This document shows positions 36,701-44,915 of a stretch of 60,740 nt of DNA, in pieces (position 1 is the first letter of the stretch; every line of letters starts with the position of its first letter). The stretch comes from Minisyncoccota bacterium. GTDB taxonomy: Bacteria > Patescibacteriota > Minisyncoccia > Phycocordibacterales > UBA9973. The notes under the pieces were generated by a model. It saw nothing but the letters and a program-made list of their open reading frames with translations, searched no databases and had not been told where the DNA came from. The stretch spans positions 1 through 60,740 of the forward strand of contig JBAZQY010000003.1 in NCBI GenBank assembly GCA_041663185.1, given 5' to 3'. Made by a program: the position numbers and the translations under genes.

Positions 36701-37107
36701 CACCAACCTGGATAAAATGGTTATGGATTGGATTAATCTTAATAATTGTTATTCCTCTATTAATATGGGGGATAAGAAGTATTAATGATAATAATAATCC
36801 TAAAAAATCCGGCGATTCTGGGAAAAACAATCGTGGTACTGGATATGTACAGATTGAAGACCCGGCACCTCATGACACTACCTATTTCTTGGAAAAAGGA
36901 AAAGTGTTTCTTGTGGATGTTCCGTCAGATTACACTTCTTCCTGCTCAAGTGGTGGTAAAAAATACTACAAACGACCACAAAATGGAAAATGGGAAGTTC
37001 GTGGAGATGGTGGAAACCATCGTGATCGTTACACTTCATTTTTTGAGCTCAAATTCTACGAAGAAGAAATCATCGTAACGGTAGAGTTCAATAAAATAGT
37101 TAAATAA
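36697..37107 (+). CDS. Single-pass membrane hypothetical protein
   Basis: ATGA overlap with the upstream gene; N-terminal TM. Confidence 0.65.
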   Translation: MTPTWIKWLWIGLILIIVIPLLIWGIRSINDNNNPKKSGDSGKNNRGTGYVQIEDPAPHDTTYFLEKGKVFLVDVPSDYTSSCSSGGKKYYKRPQNGKWEVRGDGGNHRDRYTSFFELKFYEEEIIVTVEFNKIVK

Positions 37108-37116
37108 CACAACCGC

Positions 37117-37148
37117 AAAGGCGCGCCCTGATGGGACGCGCCTTTTTT
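37117..37148 (+). terminator. Intrinsic terminator (convergent genes)
   Basis: aaaggcgcgccc-tgat-gggacgcgcc followed by a U-tract. Confidence 0.75.
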
Positions 37149-37164
37149 CATTTCAATTTTTATG

Positions 37165-37488
37165 TTATTGCAGATTACCAATAGTATAATTTCCGTTATC
37201 TTGTATTTGAATTCTATCTTCACCAATGGTGTTTAAAATAATATTCATAATTCCAAAAACGGCAACCATGATAAACATTCCAACTACTCCCCAGAGCATA
37301 TGTGATTTACTTGATTTACGAACTTCTTCATTATCTGGAGATAATAAATATTTTATTAATCCATAAACGAAAATCACAACCGCTAGAGCAAATATCAATA
37401 TAATGATAGGGTTGATAACTACCCTATTGATACTCATCATTAGAGTCGCCACACTGGCTTCAGCTACTGGTATAATCGAAAACATCAT
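37165..37488 (-). CDS. TrbC/VirB2-like pilin-family protein 5
   Basis: VINPII...FVYGLIKYL...E...K..MLWGVVGMFIM. Confidence 0.75.
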   Translation of the reverse strand: MMFSIIPVAEASVATLMMSINRVVINPIIILIFALAVVIFVYGLIKYLLSPDNEEVRKSSKSHMLWGVVGMFIMVAVFGIMNIILNTIGEDRIQIQDNGNYTIGNLQ

Positions 37489-37493
37489 AATAA

Positions 37494-37877
37494 TTATTGT
37501 GGACAGTTAATACCGGCTGCAGGATTATCAATACAAGGAATTGCATTTGGATCTAATTGTTCAGGCCCAACTCCGAATGTATTTGTAATAAGAGCAATGA
37601 TTCCCCAGAAAGCCACGATAACAAACAAACCAATGAGACCAGTAATTATTTTACCTCGAGCTTTCTTTTTGGCCTCTTCGTCTTGTGATACAGTGTATTG
37701 AATAACTCCCCAAATAAAGTAAACAACAGCTAGGGTGATTAATATAGGAATAACAAACTGCAATAGATTTGCTAGGGTTGCAAGAATACCAAATGCATTT
37801 GGTCCATCAACATCAGCAAACACAAACATTGGAGACATTGCTCCTAGAACAGCACTGATTGAAACAATTTTTTTCAT
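37494..37877 (-). CDS. TrbC/VirB2-like pilin-family protein 4
   Basis: Signal peptide, VIPILITLAVVYFIWGVIQY...AKKKARGKIITGLIGLFVI. Confidence 0.8.
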   Translation of the reverse strand: MKKIVSISAVLGAMSPMFVFADVDGPNAFGILATLANLLQFVIPILITLAVVYFIWGVIQYTVSQDEEAKKKARGKIITGLIGLFVIVAFWGIIALITNTFGVGPEQLDPNAIPCIDNPAAGINCPQ

Positions 37878-37999
37878 AAATATTTCTTATAATCTTACTA
37901 ATAATCTTTATAATATTGTCTTCTCAACCGACCAGAGTGGAAAAGACGCTGAACTTTATACCCCTTATTGTAACAACAAACAATAAAACTAGCAATATA

Positions 38000-38410
38000 T
38001 TATTGCCCTGGAAGCTGTGGAACAGTATTTGAAAGCTGGAAAGTCCCCGTCAGAATACCCACCAATCCCCAGATTGATAACATGACAAACAAAGCAATTA
38101 ATCCTCCGATTATAAAAGCTTTCCCTTTTTTACGCTTTTCTTCATTCTCGGGATTCAAGTAAAATTGAATTACTCCCCAGATAAAGGCAACTGTCGCCAA
38201 AGCAAACAAAAAAGGAACAATAACTTTATACAAAAAACAACTAGCCCAATTCACAATACCTGTGACATCTTTCATGGAGTTATCAGAACAAACTTGATTG
38301 ACAGAGACCACAGGGTCACCATTCGCATCTAGTGTCGTAACAGCTCCAACAGAGGAAAACATAAACATACCAACTAAAATCAATGTACCAATTAAAATAT
38401 TTTTCTTCAT
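38000..38410 (-). CDS. TrbC/VirB2-like pilin-family protein 3
   Basis: IVPFLFALATVAFIWGVIQF...KGKAFIIGGLIALFVM. Confidence 0.8.
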   Translation of the reverse strand: MKKNILIGTLILVGMFMFSSVGAVTTLDANGDPVVSVNQVCSDNSMKDVTGIVNWASCFLYKVIVPFLFALATVAFIWGVIQFYLNPENEEKRKKGKAFIIGGLIALFVMLSIWGLVGILTGTFQLSNTVPQLPGQ

Positions 38411-38526
38411 CCCGTTAGAGATAGGAAGTCCTAGACTTCCGTATCTGATTAATTATAATAAAATCTAAACTTCATAATCATTTGAAACTATCCCTTAGAT
38501 TATAACATACACATCTCTAACGGGAT
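38409..38526. repeat. 118-bp segment bounded by perfect 14-bp inverted repeats (MITE-like)
   Basis: atcccgttagagat / atctctaacgggat; internal hairpin ggaagtc-cta-gacttcc. Confidence 0.7.
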
Positions 38527-38540
38527 TCATAATCCAATAA

Positions 38541-39029
38541 CTATGTTGTACTCTTAATTTCTTCGACCGTTTTACCAATTGCTTGCGCTATGACAAATGC
38601 TCCAAGTAACAGTGCTGCTCCTATCAAAGTATAAAGAAGGGCTTTCTTGGCTTTAGTAATTTTTTCTGAATTACCCTGAGCAGTCACGAATAGAAAACCC
38701 GTATAGATAATCGCTAGAGCCACAATCGGAATACCGACGATGAGAACTATTTCAACTAGAGCTTGTATGAAAGAAGGGATATCTGTAATGTTTGGTCCAA
38801 GAGGATTATTTATTTTGGTGTCTATAGTTAGACCAGTTTCATTACTTGAAACATCTGATTCTTCATTTGAACTTATATCACTACCTTCAGGACAAGGTGG
38901 TTCATTAAGTCCCCCACAAGCATTTACAAAGATAACTGGAGTAGTTAACATGATTACAAACATTATTACAAAACTAAACTTTAAAATATTCGATAAAATA
39001 CTGTATTTTTTTGTCTTGAAAATTTTCAT
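38541..39029 (-). CDS. TrbC/VirB2-like pilin-family protein 2
   Basis: INNPLG...IIYTGFLFVTAQGNSEKITKAKKALLYTLIGAALL. Confidence 0.82.
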   Translation of the reverse strand: MKIFKTKKYSILSNILKFSFVIMFVIMLTTPVIFVNACGGLNEPPCPEGSDISSNEESDVSSNETGLTIDTKINNPLGPNITDIPSFIQALVEIVLIVGIPIVALAIIYTGFLFVTAQGNSEKITKAKKALLYTLIGAALLLGAFVIAQAIGKTVEEIKSTT

Positions 39030-39058
39030 ATTTTCTTTTATGTTAAATGATAATTAAT

Positions 39059-39526
39059 TTATAAAAAGTTAAACGCTCCATGGAATCCAAGGCTTGCAAG
39101 TATCGATTTAACTATCAGCCACGCAGCCAGTGCGATAATATAACCAATAAAGGCATTCTTGAGGATTGTCTTGGCCTTTTTAACATTTTCCGAACTCCCC
39201 TGATCACTTAGATACAACCAGCCAACATAAACTAGAATAAGAGCAAAGAGAGGCGTCGCTAAGGTAACAACCAAAAAGTTAATAACTGTATTAATCAATT
39301 TAAGAACCATGTTAAAATCGCACGGATTTGCGTATTCATATCTTTCTGGAGACCCTGGAGTAGTCACTACTACACCATCTACCACTTCTGTTTTTGGTTT
39401 TACTTCTGGAATAGTGTAAACTTTTCCCGTATTACAATCAGGCACTAATCCGGCACCTAGAACTAGGAAAGTCGGAGTAAAAATTATCATAAATGCTAAG
39501 ATGAATGGTACGATTTTTCTAGACAT
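39059..39526 (-). CDS. TrbC/VirB2-like pilin-family protein 1
   Basis: GLVPDC...PCDF...VYVGWLYLSDQGSSENVKKAKTILKNAFIG. Confidence 0.8.
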   Translation of the reverse strand: MSRKIVPFILAFMIIFTPTFLVLGAGLVPDCNTGKVYTIPEVKPKTEVVDGVVVTTPGSPERYEYANPCDFNMVLKLINTVINFLVVTLATPLFALILVYVGWLYLSDQGSSENVKKAKTILKNAFIGYIIALAAWLIVKSILASLGFHGAFNFL

Positions 39527-39531
39527 AATAT

Positions 39532-40836
39532 TTATTTAACTAGAAGCTCAAGTTGGCCTTCCGCTTTATTTATAGCTTCATAAACCGACAAATTATTTGA
39601 TAATATATTCTCTACCAAATCTCTAAAAACTGCATCTGTCTTTACTCGATCAGGGTCAAGCCATGATCTGGCGACAACCGCTCCATTAAAAAATGTATAC
39701 AAATATGGATTAGTTGGTCTAGTGGAAAGTAAAGCTCGTGAAGCTGGTGGTAGAGAAGCTCCCATACTTAGAACATTCGCTACTTCTCCTTGGCTTAGTA
39801 ACCCAGCGACCGCAAAAGCTGAGGTTGTATTCGTCGAACGTTTATTAATGGCGATAGCATAGATATCCCCTCCGGTGCGCTTAGTTTGAGTATTTTTAAT
39901 TTGGGGAATTGCTGTCACATCAAAACTCAAATTAGGGTTTATGGATTCAATAGTGAATAGTTCGCTGGCTTTACCTAAGTAGAAAGCCAGTTTCCCTCCA
40001 GTGAACATGTCACGTGAGTCAGGCAGTGAGCGATTCCAAGAATAAGCGGTCTTTGTTGGATTTGAAAATTCAATGAAGAATTGTAATACCGCGACTAGTG
40101 GTGAAATAGAGAGGTTAGATGGGTTACTGTTTAACCTAGCAACATATTTGGAATCTGCCCCTCTTTCAACTATATTGTTACCATTTTGTAGAAGTAGGGT
40201 TGCAAGAATATCTTTACTATTGTTGACATTACCATACTGACCAAGAGCAATCATACTTTGTGAAATTGTCCCGATATTATCTCTTTTAGTTAAAGAAGAA
40301 TTCAAAGTTAATAATTCATCCCAAGAGCTAGGTGGAGATACCATTCCCTCATTTGCAAGTATGTCTTTGTTGTAGTATAGAACCATCGGATCAACAAGCA
40401 CAGGAAAACCAAGAAATCCATCCGCTTCTAAATAAATATCCGCTCCATCAACGAACGCATCGCGGAATGTCTTTTCTGGATAGCTAGCATAAGGAATCTT
40501 ATAAATAAAATTAATATTCTTCTTGAGCATATCAGGGGTCACAATGAAAAGATCGGGGCCAGCGCCATTTGCAAATGCTTCGATTAAATCTTGCTGATAA
40601 GTGGATACTTCTTTTTTTACATAACTTATATTTAAATCTCGATTGTCAGCTTTCATTTTACTAATAGCATCCGACAAAAAAGAACTAGGAAAAACTCCCC
40701 AGATTACAACTTTCCCTGCTGGTTTCCCATCACCACCATTTAAACCACCTATTTTTATAATTCCAGAAAATATTAAAACCGCAAAAACAAAAAATGCTAG
40801 AAAGATGGCGACAAAAATTGTTTGGAAATTACTCAT
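39532..40836 (-). CDS. Extracellular solute-binding protein (family 1, ABC-type fold)
   Basis: N-terminal TM, VVIWG, GPDLF, PVLVDPMVLYYNKD, PPSSWDEL, FTGGKLAFY. Confidence 0.85.
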   Translation of the reverse strand: MSNFQTIFVAIFLAFFVFAVLIFSGIIKIGGLNGGDGKPAGKVVIWGVFPSSFLSDAISKMKADNRDLNISYVKKEVSTYQQDLIEAFANGAGPDLFIVTPDMLKKNINFIYKIPYASYPEKTFRDAFVDGADIYLEADGFLGFPVLVDPMVLYYNKDILANEGMVSPPSSWDELLTLNSSLTKRDNIGTISQSMIALGQYGNVNNSKDILATLLLQNGNNIVERGADSKYVARLNSNPSNLSISPLVAVLQFFIEFSNPTKTAYSWNRSLPDSRDMFTGGKLAFYLGKASELFTIESINPNLSFDVTAIPQIKNTQTKRTGGDIYAIAINKRSTNTTSAFAVAGLLSQGEVANVLSMGASLPPASRALLSTRPTNPYLYTFFNGAVVARSWLDPDRVKTDAVFRDLVENILSNNLSVYEAINKAEGQLELLVK

Positions 40837-41356
40837 GTGTAAAAATTATACCATAATGATGAGCACTTGTGGAAATTTTCTCTACAAATTTAAACCCGCG
40901 TTTTTCAAATAAATCACGAGCTGCTCCCTCGGGTATGACACTCTCTGTGGCGGGCCCCATACCACCAAAAGATTCACTCCAATCTATTAAAAGCACCCTG
41001 CCGCCTTTTTTAAGGATGCGCAGAGCCTCATCTATTATTCCTAGCTTGTCTTCTGCCTGGAATAAAACATTCGAAATGATAACGGCGTCCATAGAATGAT
41101 CTACTATTTTGGTTCCCCCACGACGTTCTATATCTCCCCAGATACAATCTATATTTGATATTCCCCAATTTTTAATATCAGCTTCAAGTTTCTTAACTAA
41201 ATTTTTTTGTACTTCCACCGCAAAGACCTTACCAGTATATCCGACGCGAACACTTGCTGCTTTGGAATAAAAACCCGTTCCGGCTCCAAAATCAGCGACT
41301 CGCATTCCTTCTTTTAAACCTAAATGTAAAATATTTTGCTCTGGATTAGTAAACAT
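40829..41356 (-). CDS. Class I SAM-dependent methyltransferase
   Basis: VADFGAGTG, AVEVQ, LKKGGRVLLIDW. Confidence 0.88.
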   Translation of the reverse strand: MFTNPEQNILHLGLKEGMRVADFGAGTGFYSKAASVRVGYTGKVFAVEVQKNLVKKLEADIKNWGISNIDCIWGDIERRGGTKIVDHSMDAVIISNVLFQAEDKLGIIDEALRILKKGGRVLLIDWSESFGGMGPATESVIPEGAARDLFEKRGFKFVEKISTSAHHYGIIFTHE

Positions 41357-41403
41357 ATATATGTTTATATTATACCATAATTAAAACAAGAAATGACAAC
41401 AAA

Positions 41404-43857
41404 CTATAAACAAGTAATTGAGGCGATGCTGTCTCCTGGTCTGAGCTTCATAACTGTCACTCCTTGAGTCTGGCGTCCTGATGTCGGAATCGATTTTAAC
41501 TCAACTCGAATGACTTGACCTTTTTGTGAGACAGCGATAATTTCATTTTCTTCACCGACTATTTTCCCAACAATTAATTTACCAGTTTTGGGAGTAACTT
41601 TAGCAGTTTTTATTCCTGAACCTCCTCTTTTTTGAGTTTTATATTCTTTAATATTTGTCTTTTTGCCAAGACCATTCGCACTTAAAGTTAATATTGAAAG
41701 ATTGGTTTCTCCTTTTGATATTTTATCAACTCCAATAACAAAATCTCCCTTGCCAAGCTTAATTGCTCTGACTCCGCCAGCATTTCGGCCCATGACCCTC
41801 GCATCTGATTCTTTAAACCTGATTGATTGACCGAGGGTTGTAGCCAGCATGATATCGTCTCCTTTTGAGACATCAAGCACAGCCTGAAGTTCATCTCCTT
41901 TATCGAGTTTAATCGCAATCAAACCACTACGTCTAACATCTTTGAAACTTTCGGCTCCAACTTTTTTGGCCACACCCATTTTAGTAACAAGCATCAAACT
42001 TTCAATTGTCTTTTTCGTCTCTTTATCAATTGGTAAAATCGAAGTAACTTTTTCTTCTCCATCTAAAGAAATAAAATTCATTATTGACTTACCTTTTGTC
42101 GCCCGACGTCCTTCTGGGATATCATACATTTTGATCTGGTAAGCCTTACCCAAATTCGTGAAGAATAACAAATCAGAGTGAGTATTGGCTGTCACTAACA
42201 TTGTGACAAAGTCTTCTTCCTTTGGCTCAATATCTATTACTCCAACTCCACCGCGTTTCTGAGTTCGATACTCACTTGGATCAGTTCGTTTAACGTATCC
42301 CCCTTTCGTGAAAACAAGGACAGATTCTTTCTCTGGGATTAAATCTTCTTCGTTAATGGCTTTAACGCCACCTTTAATAATTCGAGTTCGCCTAATATCA
42401 GAATATTTTTCTTTAATATCTTTTAGTTCGCTAGAAATAACCCCCATCATTTTCTTTGGACTAGCCAATAATGATTCTAATTCTTTGATTAGTTCTTGTT
42501 TTTCCTTTAATTCAAGTTCAACATTTTTACGTTCCAATCCGGCAAGCTTTTGAAGCTTCATTTCAAGAATTGCTGTCGCCTGTATATCTGAAAATTTAAA
42601 TTCTTTCATTAAGTTTACCTTAGCCGTCATTGTATCTTTGGAGGCTCGAATAACCGCAATGACTCTATCTATATGATCAAGAGCTTTTTTCAAGCCCAAG
42701 AGGATATGCTCTCTTTCTTTGGCTTTCCGCAGGTCATATTCTGTACGACGACGGACAACAACTACTCGATGAGAAATAAATTCCCCAAGCAAACTTTTTA
42801 ATGAGAGAGTTTGTGGAACTCCATCAACTAATGCCACGATATTAAAATTAAAAGATTGTTCAAGTTGAGTATGTTTATAAATATAATTTAAAACTTTTTG
42901 TGGAATAACTCCGTTCTTTAAATCGATAACAACGCGAATGTCTTTAGTTGACTCATCTCGAAGACCTTTTATTCCTTCAAGTTTTTTTTCTTGAATAAGC
43001 GCAGCAATTGATTCGATTAGAGCTGACTTGTTTACGCGATAAGGAATTGAAGTAATTATGATTTGAAAAGTTTCACTTTTTTGCTCAACGATTTCTGCTT
43101 CCCCACGAGTTACTACCCCTCCACGCCCCGTCGAGTAAGCATGCAGTAAATCTGCTTGCCCGTAAACAATTCCTCCAACAGGAAAATCAGGACCTTTTAT
43201 AAATTCCATTAGGTCTTCGGTTGTAGCATCTTTATTATCAATCAAGTGAATCGTCGCATCTATCACTTCAGATAAATTGTGAGGTGGAATATTTGTCGCC
43301 ATTCCAACTGCAATACCAAGCGTTCCATTTAAAAGCAAACTCGGCACTGCCGTTGGTAAAACAATTGGCTCTTTCCTTGTTTGATCATAGTTGGGTCTGA
43401 AATCAACAGTTTCTTTTTCTAAATCTAAAAGTAGAAGTGAAGCAATTTTTGACATTTTGGCTTCGGTATAACGCATCGCTGCTGCTCCGTCTCCATCAAT
43501 GGAGCCAAAGTTACCTTGTCCATGAATAAGTGGATACCTATAAGAGAAATCCTGGGCCATCCCAACCATTGAGTCATATACAGCCACATCGCCATGAGGA
43601 TGATATCTTCCCAAAACATCTCCGACTACCGCCGCACTTTTACGAAAACGAGCCGATGAAGTTAGCCCCATTTCATACATCGCAAATAATATCCGACGAT
43701 GAACTGGTTTTAATCCATCTCGCACATCAGGAAGTGCTCGATCAGTAATAACCGACATCGCATAATCGATGAACGATTCTTTCATCTCTGTGCTTATATC
43801 AACCGAGACAACATTAATGTGATTATTTGTGATTTCCTCTTCTTCTTTTTTAACCAT
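41404..43857 (-). CDS. gyrA: DNA gyrase subunit A
   Basis: [30 protein letters not shown], GyrA-box QKRGGVG, beta-pinwheel repeats. Confidence 0.99.
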   Translation of the reverse strand: MVKKEEEEITNNHINVVSVDISTEMKESFIDYAMSVITDRALPDVRDGLKPVHRRILFAMYEMGLTSSARFRKSAAVVGDVLGRYHPHGDVAVYDSMVGMAQDFSYRYPLIHGQGNFGSIDGDGAAAMRYTEAKMSKIASLLLLDLEKETVDFRPNYDQTRKEPIVLPTAVPSLLLNGTLGIAVGMATNIPPHNLSEVIDATIHLIDNKDATTEDLMEFIKGPDFPVGGIVYGQADLLHAYSTGRGGVVTRGEAEIVEQKSETFQIIITSIPYRVNKSALIESIAALIQEKKLEGIKGLRDESTKDIRVVIDLKNGVIPQKVLNYIYKHTQLEQSFNFNIVALVDGVPQTLSLKSLLGEFISHRVVVVRRRTEYDLRKAKEREHILLGLKKALDHIDRVIAVIRASKDTMTAKVNLMKEFKFSDIQATAILEMKLQKLAGLERKNVELELKEKQELIKELESLLASPKKMMGVISSELKDIKEKYSDIRRTRIIKGGVKAINEEDLIPEKESVLVFTKGGYVKRTDPSEYRTQKRGGVGVIDIEPKEEDFVTMLVTANTHSDLLFFTNLGKAYQIKMYDIPEGRRATKGKSIMNFISLDGEEKVTSILPIDKETKKTIESLMLVTKMGVAKKVGAESFKDVRRSGLIAIKLDKGDELQAVLDVSKGDDIMLATTLGQSIRFKESDARVMGRNAGGVRAIKLGKGDFVIGVDKISKGETNLSILTLSANGLGKKTNIKEYKTQKRGGSGIKTAKVTPKTGKLIVGKIVGEENEIIAVSQKGQVIRVELKSIPTSGRQTQGVTVMKLRPGDSIASITCL

Positions 43858-43860
43858 AAA

Positions 43861-44187
43861 TTATTGATTTTCTACTGGAATTAAATCTACTTGTTTTTCT
43901 ATTTTTAATTCTTCTTCCATTTTTTGTTCATCCTCTTTGGTTTTAGTAGAAAGATTCCCAACACTTGCTGTGACATTACTATATGTATTGGTAAGAGTTT
44001 GACCAAAAAGAGCAAACGGCTTTATATCTTCTTCAACTTGGGCAGAGGTATTATTATTAAATTTATAACCCAAACTACTTATCCAAATTAGAAACACAAA
44101 CACCATACAAACCGCTAGTGTTCCAGCAAATATTTGTTTGCGAGTATTCTCTGATTTTGATTGTAACTTTTTTATATATGTACGCAT
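43861..44187 (-). CDS. Single-pass membrane hypothetical protein
   Basis: 108 aa, one TM, in operon with gyrA. Confidence 0.7.
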   Translation of the reverse strand: MRTYIKKLQSKSENTRKQIFAGTLAVCMVFVFLIWISSLGYKFNNNTSAQVEEDIKPFALFGQTLTNTYSNVTASVGNLSTKTKEDEQKMEEELKIEKQVDLIPVENQ

Positions 44188-44202
44188 AAATAAATTAAAA
44201 AA

Positions 44203-44829
44203 TTATGATGATAATACGACGATTTCACCTTCACGGCCTATTAACTCTTTGGCCTTTATTGTTAGCTTATCAATTGGAACTACCTTCTCTTGCCCACCTT
44301 CTTTCAAGAAAATTTTAAGTGTTTTCTCGTCATAATCCATTGGAATAATTATTTTTGGTTCAAGTGTTACTGCAAGTTTATAAGCTTCAATCGGACTAAG
44401 CAAATCATTATTACCAATTGGGACAAATAATATATCTGGAGACTCTATCTGCCCACGAATACTAGAATTTAATTTATCGTCAGACACCGCTCCCAAAAAA
44501 CACAAAGAAATATTTTCAATTGTTAATGAATAAATTGTATTAATATATTTTTTACCGCCGAGTTCTGTCTCGGTCATTATTCCTTTAATAAAAATATCTT
44601 TAATTTCATAATCTCCGGGCCCTTTAACTTCAAAAGGAACATTCTCTCCGTGAGCTACCATTTCAAGTCCATTATAATCAGGATGATTAACTGTTGAGAG
44701 AGCAATATCGGAGCCAAAACGAGAAGCCAATTTAGAAAATTGAGAGTCTTTACTGATGGGATTAAAAGCTAGGACTAAATTGCCTTGTCCGATTTTAAAG
44801 AATTGTTTTCCTAAATATGTGATAATCAT
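44203..44829 (-). CDS. MBL-fold protein with degenerate metal-binding motif
   Basis: IITYLG, GPGDYEIKDIFI, DILFVPIG, LEPKIIIPM; STVNHPDYN in place of HxHxDH. Confidence 0.75.
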   Translation of the reverse strand: MIITYLGKQFFKIGQGNLVLAFNPISKDSQFSKLASRFGSDIALSTVNHPDYNGLEMVAHGENVPFEVKGPGDYEIKDIFIKGIMTETELGGKKYINTIYSLTIENISLCFLGAVSDDKLNSSIRGQIESPDILFVPIGNNDLLSPIEAYKLAVTLEPKIIIPMDYDEKTLKIFLKEGGQEKVVPIDKLTIKAKELIGREGEIVVLSS

Positions 44830-44873
44830 GAGTATATTATAGCAAATTTTATGAAAATTTGAAAGTGTTTCCA

Positions 44874-44910
44874 GCTCAAAAAACCCACTATTCTAGTGGG
44901 TTTTTTGAGC
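44874..44910. terminator. Bidirectional intrinsic terminator
   Basis: Perfect 17-bp arms gctcaaaaaacccacta/tagtgggttttttgagc. Confidence 0.85.
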
Positions 44911-44915
44911 TCTTA

